From NCBI GenBank assembly GCA_963827755.1, contig CAWHCQ010000021.1, positions 105,428 through 169,427 of the forward strand: a stretch of 64,000 nt of DNA. The letters are read 5' to 3'. Below the pieces are notes generated by a model, which saw nothing but the letters and a program-made list of their open reading frames with translations, was not told the origin of the DNA and ran no database searches. A program made the position numbers and the translations under genes. The stretch is from an uncultured Gammaproteobacteria bacterium (lineage in GTDB: Bacteria > Pseudomonadota > Gammaproteobacteria > UBA9214). Every line of letters begins with the position of its first letter. Position 1 is the stretch's first letter. This document shows, one piece after another, positions 1 to 9,414 of this stretch.

Positions 1-1123
1 GCATGTACTTGAACTGCAGGGTCACGGCGGCCCGGTGGTGATGAACCTGTTGCTCGCGCGCGTGCTGTCACTCGGCGCGCGCCCTGCCCGCCCAGGTGAA
101 TTTTCCGAGCGCGCGTTTTTGAATGACAAGCTCGACCTCGCCCAGGCCGAGGCGATTGCCGATCTCATCGACAGCGGCACTGCCCAGGCCGCACGGGCGG
201 CGGTGCATTCACTGCAGGGTGAATTTTCCGGGCGCGTGCATGCGCTGGTGGAATTGCTCACTCAAGTGCGCATGTACGTCGAGGCAGCCATCGATTTTCC
301 CGAAGAGGAAATCGACTTCCTCTCCGACACGGGTCTTGCGCAGCTGCTGGCTCGATTGCGGGCGGACTTTGATGCGTTGATCGCAGGCGCACAACAGGGC
401 TGCCTGCTGCGCGACGGCATGACGCTGGTGATTGCCGGACGACCGAACGCCGGCAAATCGAGCTTGCTGAACGCCCTCTCCGGCCGCGACGCGGCCATTG
501 TCACGGAAATTCCCGGCACCACCCGCGACGTGCTGCGCGAATACATCCAGCTCGATGGCCTGCCGTTGCATATCCTCGATACCGCCGGCCTGCACGACAG
601 CGACGACCCGGTTGAACAGGCCGGCATGCAGCGCACCCGCGCGGCGCTGGTACAGGCCGACCGGGTGTTGCTGGTCATCGACGACCAGCAGGGTTTTACC
701 GCGGCCGATGAAGCCATTCTCGCGCAGCTGCCGAAAAACGTGCCCGCGACCCATGTGTATAACAAAATTGATTTAACTGGCCGCAGTCCCGGCCTGGATA
801 CAGTGACCGGAGAACCCGTCGTCGCCCTTTCCGCACAGAACACTGCCGGGCTGGACGCATTGCGCGCCTACCTGAAACAGAGTATCGGTTACGCCGACCA
901 GGGCGAAGGCGCATTCAGCGCACGGCAGCGGCATCTCGACGTGCTCGAGCGCGCGCAGACGCATTTCGAAACCGGTGTCGCCCTGCTGGAAAGCCGGCGT
1001 GCCGGTGAACTGCTGGCCGAGGAGTTGCGCCTGGCCCAGCAGCGGCTTGGCGAGATCACCGGCGAGGTCAGCAGTGACGAACTGCTGGGCCGGATTTTCA
1101 GCAGTTTCTGTATCGGCAAGTGA
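1..1123 (+). CDS. mnmE: tRNA modification GTPase MnmE (5' end outside window)
   Basis: [46 protein letters not shown]-terminal FCIGK. Confidence 0.97.
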   Translation, partial: HVLELQGHGGPVVMNLLLARVLSLGARPARPGEFSERAFLNDKLDLAQAEAIADLIDSGTAQAARAAVHSLQGEFSGRVHALVELLTQVRMYVEAAIDFPEEEIDFLSDTGLAQLLARLRADFDALIAGAQQGCLLRDGMTLVIAGRPNAGKSSLLNALSGRDAAIVTEIPGTTRDVLREYIQLDGLPLHILDTAGLHDSDDPVEQAGMQRTRAALVQADRVLLVIDDQQGFTAADEAILAQLPKNVPATHVYNKIDLTGRSPGLDTVTGEPVVALSAQNTAGLDALRAYLKQSIGYADQGEGAFSARQRHLDVLERAQTHFETGVALLESRRAGELLAEELRLAQQRLGEITGEVSSDELLGRIFSSFCIGK

Positions 1124-1178
1124 GGGTTGCGCCCTATCTGATGTATATTTAACCCGGCACATCATGGCGGAGGCCTTA

Positions 1179-1637
1179 ATGTCGGCAGCACTGCAAGCCA
1201 TACTGGACCACCCCGCTTTCCCGCAGCGCCATGCCTGGTGGCGCGAGGACTTTGGCCCGGGACAGGCCATCGTCGAGGAAAACCACCGCAGCCGCGACCT
1301 GTTCATGATTGAAAGCGGTGTCGTGCGCGTCAACAAGGACATCGCCGTCACCGAGGAGCGGCACATGCAATCGGGGCTGCTGGAGCTGAGCAAGGGCGAG
1401 ATCTTTGGCGAGCTGTGCCTGTTCGGCGATGTCGTGCGCAGCGCCTCGGTCGTCGCCCTGACGCGCGGGGTGTTGATCCATGTCGACGGCATCCTGCTGG
1501 CAAAATTCATGGACCAGCATGTCGAACAGGGTTATGCCCTGCTGAAGGAATTTTTCATCCACCATGCGGCCATGCTGAGCGATGGCAATGAACGCTACAG
1601 CGCGCTCTACGCCCGGCAATTGCTCGAGGATGACTGA
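1179..1637 (+). CDS. Stand-alone cyclic nucleotide-binding domain protein
   Basis: GEIFGELCLF...RSASV phosphate-binding cassette; no HTH; GGAGG 5 nt before ATG 1179. Confidence 0.8.
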   Translation: MSAALQAILDHPAFPQRHAWWREDFGPGQAIVEENHRSRDLFMIESGVVRVNKDIAVTEERHMQSGLLELSKGEIFGELCLFGDVVRSASVVALTRGVLIHVDGILLAKFMDQHVEQGYALLKEFFIHHAAMLSDGNERYSALYARQLLEDD

Positions 1638-1748
1638 CGCTGAACCGCGCTTGTGCAGCCCTGTCGAACGCCCGCCGCAACCGTCCCGGGCAAGCCCCGA
1701 AGGCACAAAATCATCAAAACACCAAATTTAGATACCACCTCAAAATGT

Positions 1749-1779
1749 AATATATATAATTGTATTTATTATATATATT
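1749..1779. promoter_or_regulatory. AT-rich 12-bp perfect inverted repeat, candidate operator
   Basis: AATATATATAAT-N7-ATTATATATATT upstream of the methyltransferase. Confidence 0.45.
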
Positions 1780-1808
1780 GTTACATATCCCCGTGAGTTT
1801 TTACGCGA

Positions 1809-2696
1809 GTGGCTGATCCAGAAAAAATGAGCTCGCGCGAGCTGGGGCTGGTGCTGGCGCAGCAACTGCTCGATGTCGAGGACCTGCACTACGGGTTATG
1901 GGACGCGGACCTGGCGCTGTCGCTCGCCAATGTGCCCGTCGCCCAGCAGCGTTACACCACCCTGCTGCTGGACCTGCTCGCACGGCTGCTGGCCGGTATC
2001 GAGCGGCCGCGCGTTCTCGATGTCGGCTGTGGCACCGGGCACATGCTGGAGCAGTTGCTGGCGCACGGATTCGCGGTTGACGCAATCAACCCGTCCGCGC
2101 ATCTGAATGCGCAGGTGCGCGCGCGGCTGGCGAAGCTCGATGCCGGTGCGACCCGCCTGTTTGAGTCCACCTTCGAGGCGCTGCCGGCGGACGCCTGCCG
2201 GCACCGCTATGACCTGCTGCTGTTCAGTGAAAGTTTTCAGTACATCCCGCTGCCGGAATTTTTTGCCAACAGCGCCCGCCTGTTGAAGACCGACGGTCGT
2301 GTAGTGATCTGTGATTTTTTCAAGACCGCCGCGCATTGTGACGGCGAGCCCGGCGACCGCAGTTTCAGTGGCGGCCACCTGCTCGACGACTTTTACGGGC
2401 GCGTCGCCGACGCCCCTTTTGAGATCGAACAAGATGAAGACCTCACCAGGCGGGTCAGCCCGAACATCGCCCTGCTCGATGAGTGGCTGACAGGGCGGCT
2501 GGCACCCGCCGCCGGGTCGATCGACCAGTACCTGCAGGGCGCCTACCCGAAGACGTCGGGCCTTTTGAAATGGCTGCTGCGTAAAAAGCTGGCGCGGGCC
2601 CGCTACAAGTACCTGTCCGGCAACCGCAGCCAGGCGGTGTTTGAGAAATACAAAAGCTACCGGCTGATCGTCCTGCGGGTTGGCCGGGGCGGGTGA
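1809..2696 (+). CDS. Class I SAM-dependent methyltransferase
   Basis: LHYGLW, VLDVGCGTG, FSESFQY motifs. Confidence 0.88.
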   Translation: MADPEKMSSRELGLVLAQQLLDVEDLHYGLWDADLALSLANVPVAQQRYTTLLLDLLARLLAGIERPRVLDVGCGTGHMLEQLLAHGFAVDAINPSAHLNAQVRARLAKLDAGATRLFESTFEALPADACRHRYDLLLFSESFQYIPLPEFFANSARLLKTDGRVVICDFFKTAAHCDGEPGDRSFSGGHLLDDFYGRVADAPFEIEQDEDLTRRVSPNIALLDEWLTGRLAPAAGSIDQYLQGAYPKTSGLLKWLLRKKLARARYKYLSGNRSQAVFEKYKSYRLIVLRVGRGG

Positions 2697-3070
2697 GTGG
2701 CGGGCATGCTGTATGCGGCGCCCGGTGAATATATAGGGTCGACTCAATATTTTTAGTCTGGCTACCTGTTAAACCGGCGGAATTTCGTGAAAATACGAGC
2801 ATTTATTGTTGTGGGCTAAAAATATATACATTACTATACTAAACAAGTTAAAGGATTATTATTAATACAGTTTCACCGGAAATATCTGCGGGTTAGCGGA
2901 CGTCTCGGCGGACAATTAAACCCATCCAGGTCGCTTTTGGCGATAAACCACAGAAAAATATGTGTTTATACCGGGGTTGGCCGCCGCGTCAAGTGAGCAA
3001 CCATTTTATATATATTAATCAGTGCTTTATAGATATATACTTCGATATAAATTTAGGGTAAACCATACTT

Positions 3071-3739
3071 ATGACTGAATCCATACGCCCGACGCTGCGC
3101 GAACGCAAGTTCGCCAAGACCCGCCTTGCCCTGGCCGAGGTGGCCGCACAGCACATGGAGATGGCACCCTTCGAGACGATTTCCGTGAAGGCGCTGTGTG
3201 AACGGGTGCAGGTTTCCGAGGCGACCTTCTTTAATTACTTCCCGAAAAAAGACGACCTGATTGTCTACCTGGACCATCTGTGGACGCTGGAGCTGAACTG
3301 GTATGGACGCCAGTCGGCAGAACAGCATGCCGGACTGGCGGTGATCGATGCCATGTTTCGTTACACCGCCATCCAGGTGCAGAAAAAGCCGGGGCTGATG
3401 GGGGAGATCATCGCCCACGAGGCGAGGGCAAGAACGCGCAGTGCCAACCCGAACATTACCCGGGCAGAGCGCATGATGGCGTTCCCGGACCTGGACGGCA
3501 TTGGCGAGATGGCGGATGACAGCCTCGAGCATATTCTGCGTGCGGCGCTGCAACAGGGCATCGACCGCGGCGAGTTGCCGGCCAATACCGCGGTGACGGC
3601 CGCCATGGTCGGTCTGGTGTCGATCTTCTACGGCGTACCGCTGGCCCTGCAGTACACCAACCCGGCGGCGATCGGTGCGATGTATCGCCAGCAACTGGCA
3701 TTGCTCTGGGAAGGCCTGCGGGCCGTGTCTGCTAAATAA
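3071..3739 (+). CDS. TetR/AcrR family regulator
   Basis: N-terminal LRERK...SEATFFNYFPKKDDL HTH. Confidence 0.9.
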   Translation: MTESIRPTLRERKFAKTRLALAEVAAQHMEMAPFETISVKALCERVQVSEATFFNYFPKKDDLIVYLDHLWTLELNWYGRQSAEQHAGLAVIDAMFRYTAIQVQKKPGLMGEIIAHEARARTRSANPNITRAERMMAFPDLDGIGEMADDSLEHILRAALQQGIDRGELPANTAVTAAMVGLVSIFYGVPLALQYTNPAAIGAMYRQQLALLWEGLRAVSAK

Positions 3740-3943
3740 TCCTGAATGGAGGCTCGGCCGCCGATGCGGTCGCATTGCGGTTGAATTGACGCGTGCAGGA
3801 GCGCATCGCAAGCGCAATTGACTCTGCTACATCGTAAAACAGGCCTTCCAGATGAAGGGCTCGCAAGGGGCGGTTGCGGTATATTATGCGCCTGGCCTGA
3901 AACACGGGTTACACCATCAAGCTTGCAGTGAGGTGCGGCGACC

Positions 3944-4615
3944 ATGAAGGAACTCGAGTTCTCGACAAAATACGACCCTGATCATTCAAAAAACTATTAC
4001 TTCAAGCACAAGCAGGGGTTACGGCGCCGGTTGACCACCTGGAGAGAGGTGTCGCTTGCCAGAAAGGCGCTGCAGATTGCCGGCGACCCGCGAACGATTC
4101 TCGACCTTCCCTGCGGTGCCGGCCGGTTCTGGCCGATGCTTGCCGAGGACCCCGAGCGCACGCTGTTTGCGGCGGATAACAGCCAGGCGATGATCGATGT
4201 CACTCAAAAATTCCAGGACAAGGCGCTCAGTGCCCGGTTTAAATGTTTCCAGACATCCGCGTTCGCCATCGATATGCCGGATGCGAGTGTTGATAACATT
4301 TTCTGTATGCGCCTGCTGCATCACATCGCGGAAGAAGCGGATCGTCTTGCCATCCTGAAAGAGTTTTACAGGGTCACAAAAAACTCGGTTTGTCTCTCGA
4401 TGTGGGTCGATGGCAATCTCCAGGCCAGCAGGAGAAAACGGGTTGAAGCCAGGCGTTCGGCCTCGAGAATCAACAACCGTATCGTGATCACGGCAGAACA
4501 GGCGGAGCGGGAGTACCGGCAGGCCGGTTTTCGCATCCTCGACCACCTCGACCTGTTGCCGGGGATATCCATGTGGCGCTTTTACATTCTCGAAAAGACG
4601 CCTGCCGGGACGTAG
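3944..4615 (+). CDS. Class I SAM-dependent methyltransferase
   Basis: ILDLPCGAGRF, FCMRLLHH. Confidence 0.88.
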   Translation: MKELEFSTKYDPDHSKNYYFKHKQGLRRRLTTWREVSLARKALQIAGDPRTILDLPCGAGRFWPMLAEDPERTLFAADNSQAMIDVTQKFQDKALSARFKCFQTSAFAIDMPDASVDNIFCMRLLHHIAEEADRLAILKEFYRVTKNSVCLSMWVDGNLQASRRKRVEARRSASRINNRIVITAEQAEREYRQAGFRILDHLDLLPGISMWRFYILEKTPAGT

Positions 4616-4667
4616 CGGGGACGCAGACTGCCCGTTCTTCAACGGCCCGCAGGAAGCGGATAGTCAA

Positions 4668-5741
4668 TCAGGAACCGGTCACCAGGTACTGGTGCTGCGT
4701 GCCCTGTTTCCAGTGGATCACATTAGCCATCGCCCTGCTGGCATAGATTGTCCCGTCTTTTGTAATCATCAGTATTTCGTGGACATCCATTTTGTCTGCG
4801 ATCATCTTCCAGTCCCTGGTCCCGGCGATGAGCAGCGTGGTGGCGGCGGCACTTGCGACCATGGCGCTTTTATGGGTCACGGTTACTGACTGTATATCCT
4901 TCACCGGCAGGCCGGTGCGCGGGTCGACGATATGCCGGTACACGCGACCTGTTTTTCCGGCCGAATGATTGAATGCGCGCACCGTGACCACTGCCTTGTC
5001 ATCGATGTTTTCCAGTGAGGCTATCAATTCTTTCCCGAAGCGGCCGGGAATGCCGATCCACCAGTCATGATCGCCCCGCGTACCGATCGTGCGGACATTG
5101 CCGCCGATATCGATCATGGCATTGGTTACGCCGAGCGCGGCAAGTCGTTCGATGCCTTTATCCAGCGCAACGCCGCGGATGATGTCGGTGAATTCCAGTT
5201 TTACCAGCCGGTTCCGGCTCGAGACCCTGTTGCCCTTGATAACCAGGTCATCGATCGACGGCTTCTGCGAGATTATTACTTCGACACGCTCGTTGACGAG
5301 ACGCTGGACTTCATCCGGGTAGGGGGATTCACCGCATTCATCCTTGTCGCAATGAAATTCCCAGAAGGCCGTTAGCTGGCCCGTGGCAGGGTTGAACATT
5401 CCATCACTCAGGCTGGATAGTTTGCCGGCATTGCTGATCAGTTCAACGAGGGTGTCGCTGACCTCAATGGATTGCCCCTTACTGATGGCCTCGTTGAGGC
5501 GATGCAATTCGCCTTCCAGCTCGAAGGTGTAGCCGATGGAATCAAGCACCTGCAGGTCTTCTTCCACGCTGAGCGCAGCTGTTCGTGCTGCATCCGTTGG
5601 CTGACCGATAATGGTTATCTGCACAAATGTCCCGAGGGCATTTAACCGGTATTCGAAAGCGTGACCGTTTCGATCGCAGCTTGTAAGCAGGAACAGCATG
5701 GTTAAAGCCACGAGGGTGGCGAGGGTGAGCTTGTTTTTCAT
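4668..5741 (-). CDS. apbE: ApbE-like FAD:protein FMN transferase lipoprotein with atypical active-site motifs
   Basis: LTSC lipobox, ALGT, GMFNPATG, IDIGGN, WWIGI, HIVDPRTG. Confidence 0.8.
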   Translation of the reverse strand: MKNKLTLATLVALTMLFLLTSCDRNGHAFEYRLNALGTFVQITIIGQPTDAARTAALSVEEDLQVLDSIGYTFELEGELHRLNEAISKGQSIEVSDTLVELISNAGKLSSLSDGMFNPATGQLTAFWEFHCDKDECGESPYPDEVQRLVNERVEVIISQKPSIDDLVIKGNRVSSRNRLVKLEFTDIIRGVALDKGIERLAALGVTNAMIDIGGNVRTIGTRGDHDWWIGIPGRFGKELIASLENIDDKAVVTVRAFNHSAGKTGRVYRHIVDPRTGLPVKDIQSVTVTHKSAMVASAAATTLLIAGTRDWKMIADKMDVHEILMITKDGTIYASRAMANVIHWKQGTQHQYLVTGS

Positions 5742-5790
5742 GAAGACACCGGATGGTTTTATGAAGGCGTTGATCATATGCATGCAGTTC

Positions 5791-6051
5791 TCAGAAATAG
5801 CCGGTGTTGATCCACATGTGGACCATGATGCTGGCTGTATAGCCTAAAGCTATTACCGGTGTCCAGCGCAAATGTCCGAAGAAGGTATACATGCCGCGCG
5901 ACAGGTAACCAACGGTGTGCGCGTCAGGTCAAGGCCATGGGCGCCCGTGGCTTCAGCGAGCCGGCAGCAATGCCGGAACAAGCAGCACAGCACGCCGGCC
6001 AGCGCGGTGAGACAGATGCTTGATCGTGAGTGTCTGTGTAAGGAATGGCAT
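5791..6051 (-). pseudogene. nhaD: Internally deleted NhaD Na+/H+ antiporter remnant
   Basis: Signal-like N-terminus and LDLT.HTVGYLS joined to GMYTFFGHLRWTPVIALGYTASIMVHMWINTGYF-stop; small frameshifts. Confidence 0.7.
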
Positions 6052-6062
6052 CTTGGTTCTTC

Positions 6063-8021
6063 TCAGAAAAATACATTCATTGTGAGCAGCATGACGACGA
6101 GGAACAGCAGCGTCATGATGCCGCCCGCACGCATGAAATCGGGTACCCGGTATCCGCCCGGCCCCATCAGCAGTGCATTCACCTGGTGTGTCGGGATCAA
6201 AAAGGAGTTCGATGTGGCAATGGCCACGGTCAGGGCAAACACGGCGGGGTCTGCACCTGCGGGAATCGCGAGATTGACGGCAAGCGGTACCAGCAGCACC
6301 GTCGCGCCGACATTCGACATTACCAGCGTGAAAAAGGTCGCCAGCACGGCGAGCGCCGCCTGCAATACCCAGACGGGTACCTCACCCAGTATTTCGAGCG
6401 TCTGTTGTGCTATCCACGCAGCGGTCCCGGTATTTTCAACGGCCATGCCCAGCGGGATCAGGCTCGCCAGCAGGAACACGGTTTTCCAGCTGACGGCTTC
6501 GTAGGCCTCGTCGATACTGAGCACGCCGGAGAGCACCATGCCGAGTGCGCCGGTCAGCAGGGAAACCGACAGGCGCAGGTCGGAGAACAGTACCAGGGAC
6601 AATGCCACGAGAAAGAAAAACAGGGCGTGACCGACTTTTTGCGGGCGGGTCTCCTCGCGTGGATACTCGGTGGTTACGACGACAAAGTCACGGTTGGATT
6701 CGAGTCGTGCCAGTGCATCCCAGGTGGTATGCACCACCAGGGTATCGCCGGCCTGCAGGGGCATGTTGCGTATGTCTTCACCTTCGCGCATCGTCTTGCC
6801 GGCGCGGTGCAGGCCGATCATGGCGAGGCCGTATGTTTTGCGCATCCATACATCACGTGCACTTTTGCCGATCAGCTGCGAGCCGGGCGGGATCACGACC
6901 TCGGCAACACCGGAACGGCTGGAGGAGAGTGATTCGCTGAAGTTGTTCAGGCCCGCAAGGCGTATCAGTCGATACTTGCCGACGAACTTTTCGACGTCCA
7001 GCGGCGCTGCCAGGATGCCGAGCACCATGTTGGCCTCGATGCCGACGTCGCGGGCCAGCGCACCCGGGCCGATGCGGGTTTCCTTGTCGCTGCGCAGGGT
7101 GGCAATGATGCGTATATGCCCGGAGCTTTCAACATCGTCGAACATGAGGCCGACCAGCGGGCTGTCGGCCGGCACCTTTATTTCAAACATCGCGTAGTCG
7201 ATTCCGTAGACATCCTTGAAATAGCTCATGGTGTTGGAGGCGACGGTGCTGCTTTGGGACTGACCGCTCGGCAGGACATACTTGCCAAGCAGGAGAAAAT
7301 AAATAATTCCCGTGGCCACCAGTGCCAGGCCGACCGGGGTGACGCTGAACAGGCCGAAGGCGCTCATTTTCTGGCCCGGCGGCAACGCCTGGTTGGACGT
7401 CATCATCAGGTCGTTGAGCAGGATCAGCGGGCTGGAGCCCACCATGGTGACGGTGCCGCCGAGGATTGCGCAAAAGCCCATCGGCATGAGCAGGCGTGAC
7501 AGGGGCAGGCCCGAGCGCGCCGAGATGCGGCTGACAACCGGCAGGAACAGGGCGGCGGCGCCGACGTTTTGCATGAAGCTCGAGATGATGGCAACGGTGC
7601 CGGAAATCAGCGGGATGATGCGTTTCTCCGTCCTGCCGCCGCGCTTGAGGATAATCCTGGCCACGGTATTCATGACACCCGTTTTATCCAGGCCCTTGCC
7701 GACAATCATCACGGCAATGATGGAGATCACCGCGTTACTGGAAAACCCGTCGAACAGGTGTTGTGCGGGTACAAACGGATGATTGAGCCCGAACAGGGGC
7801 CCGATAAGCGTCATCAGTCCGAGCAGCACCATGATGCAGATGGCTGCAACGTCGACGCCGACAATTTCAAAGACAAAAAGATAGATCGTCAGCAGCAGGA
7901 TGCACGAAACCCAGGCGACTTCCGGCGTCGGAACGACACCGATGAGCAGATAGCCGATAATCAGAAAGACGATGGCGCCGACAACGGGCTTGATCGAAGC
8001 CTTTATTGATGATCTGCTCAC
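6063..8021 (-). CDS. SLC13 family permease with TrkA-C domains
   Basis: SSFMQNVGA, VGSSPLILL, internal TrkA-C-like segments, MSNVGAT, THQVNALLMGPGGY. Confidence 0.9.
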   Translation of the reverse strand: MSRSSIKASIKPVVGAIVFLIIGYLLIGVVPTPEVAWVSCILLLTIYLFVFEIVGVDVAAICIMVLLGLMTLIGPLFGLNHPFVPAQHLFDGFSSNAVISIIAVMIVGKGLDKTGVMNTVARIILKRGGRTEKRIIPLISGTVAIISSFMQNVGAAALFLPVVSRISARSGLPLSRLLMPMGFCAILGGTVTMVGSSPLILLNDLMMTSNQALPPGQKMSAFGLFSVTPVGLALVATGIIYFLLLGKYVLPSGQSQSSTVASNTMSYFKDVYGIDYAMFEIKVPADSPLVGLMFDDVESSGHIRIIATLRSDKETRIGPGALARDVGIEANMVLGILAAPLDVEKFVGKYRLIRLAGLNNFSESLSSSRSGVAEVVIPPGSQLIGKSARDVWMRKTYGLAMIGLHRAGKTMREGEDIRNMPLQAGDTLVVHTTWDALARLESNRDFVVVTTEYPREETRPQKVGHALFFFLVALSLVLFSDLRLSVSLLTGALGMVLSGVLSIDEAYEAVSWKTVFLLASLIPLGMAVENTGTAAWIAQQTLEILGEVPVWVLQAALAVLATFFTLVMSNVGATVLLVPLAVNLAIPAGADPAVFALTVAIATSNSFLIPTHQVNALLMGPGGYRVPDFMRAGGIMTLLFLVVMLLTMNVFF

Positions 8022-8120
8022 GTGCTACTCCGGTAAAAATATATGCACGGCAAAACCTTTATATGGCATTACTGTGCGGGACTGACCTGCAGGATATACG
8101 GTCCTGGCGACCGCGGTAAT

Positions 8121-8426
8121 TCAGGCGGGGTGAGGCGTCGCGGGCGGACCGTGGAGGATAAGGCTGGAGTACGCGTCACTGTTTGCAAGCGGTGATAATC
8201 CATTGCCATGAATTGCCGGGCCGGGGAATGGCGCTACGCTTGCAGGCAGGCACGGCACGCGGGATACAGTCTTGTCATCATCATCGGATGTGTCGGTTGC
8301 TTCTGACTTGATTTCTGTTTCCACCGGCGTGCACTCGGCCAGGCTGTTAACGCTGGCAGACAGGAAGACGGCCGTCAACAGCGCCAGCCACAGCCAGTGC
8401 GAGGATTTTTTACGGTCGGCAGGCAT
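8121..8426 (-). CDS. Small exported leader-like protein ending ILHGPP (candidate arrest peptide)
   Basis: Signal peptide, acidic linker, HGPP 6 codons before stop; lies between a sigma70 promoter and the SLC13 gene. Confidence 0.6.
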   Translation of the reverse strand: MPADRKKSSHWLWLALLTAVFLSASVNSLAECTPVETEIKSEATDTSDDDDKTVSRVPCLPASVAPFPGPAIHGNGLSPLANSDAYSSLILHGPPATPHPA

Positions 8427-8476
8427 CAGTCGATTTTGCTCTCGGAACCGGTTTGCGGGGGCTTCTTGTCGATAAG

Positions 8477-8505
8477 AATATAACAAGATAGTGATTTAGC
8501 GTCAA
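8477..8505 (-). promoter_or_regulatory. sigma70 promoter for leader ORF and SLC13
   Basis: TTGACG-N17-TATATT on the minus strand. Confidence 0.7.
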
Positions 8506-8658
8506 AGCCGGCTGTTTCTCTGCGCGCGCTATCCGCTAACGGACCCGGGTGGACAGCGGTGCTGCGGCGGCTGACTGGATGTGGCGGGGCCCGGTGGTGT
8601 GGCCACACCACGGCGGGATTTGCCCCTTTCAGGGGTTGCTGACTTGAGCGCCGGGCTC

Positions 8659-9258
8659 CTAGCGGACGTTGAAAGAGTCCCGCGCACTGTCGAGCGATTC
8701 CTGCCAGGCCCGGGTGAACCGTGGCCACCAGTCCGGTTGCCTGTCCTGCAACCATTCGCGGGATGCCTCGATGAACCAGCGGCCGATGGCGGGCAGGTTG
8801 TGCTTCCTGAAGTGTGCAATACGCTTGCCGATGCGCGCACTCAGCGGCGGCCTGGCAAGCATTTCCAGCAAGGTGTATTCGCGTTGCTTGGCGGCCCAGA
8901 GTTCACTGTTGATGTTGCGTTCCAGTTTCAACAGACGTTGCTTCAGCTGTTCCAGTTCCAGGTTCGGGGTAGTTGCCTGGTTTGTTTGCACCCGCATCTT
9001 GATGCGTTTTTCCAGCAGCGCGACGCGCTGCTGCAGGTTTTCAAGATCAATCGGGCCGCGCTGTGCCGGCATATGCACGGTGCCGCTCTTGACCGGAAAG
9101 ACCCTGGTTCCCGGAATGGCCGTGCCGGCGGATTGCCGGGCCGGGCGCGCCGGGGGGGCAGGGTGTGTGCCGGGTCGGCCATTGGCCCGGGCGGCGATAT
9201 GGGCTGTCTCCTGTGGATCGGTATCGCTGTCAGTTTGGCCAAATTCCAGAAGCCTCAT
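8659..9258 (-). CDS. Hypothetical coiled-coil protein divergent from mnmG
   Basis: 3' part of the long antisense ORF; heptads LENLQQRVALLEKR and LEQLKQRLLKLER; Trp-rich C-terminus. Confidence 0.6.
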   Translation of the reverse strand: MRLLEFGQTDSDTDPQETAHIAARANGRPGTHPAPPARPARQSAGTAIPGTRVFPVKSGTVHMPAQRGPIDLENLQQRVALLEKRIKMRVQTNQATTPNLELEQLKQRLLKLERNINSELWAAKQREYTLLEMLARPPLSARIGKRIAHFRKHNLPAIGRWFIEASREWLQDRQPDWWPRFTRAWQESLDSARDSFNVR

Positions 9259-9414
9259 GCCTTTTACCCTATCTTGTGTGATTTCCGGGATTCTACCACA
9301 ATATGTACCAATATATAGTCTTTTGAAGCGCATTGATCCGCGACAGCCGCCGATTACCTGAATCGCGGTGAACGGCGTAGAATCGCGGTTAATTTTTTTC
9401 AGCAGGCCTGGACA

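Noticed and set aside
2697-3070. AT-rich spacer as a possible oriC
   Set aside because: No cluster of TTATCCACA-like DnaA boxes seen; in this gene order oriC is expected near dnaA, outside the window
5808-5825. TCCACATGTGGA palindrome resembling paired DnaA boxes
   Set aside because: It lies within the nhaD remnant coding sequence (VHMWI) and is isolated
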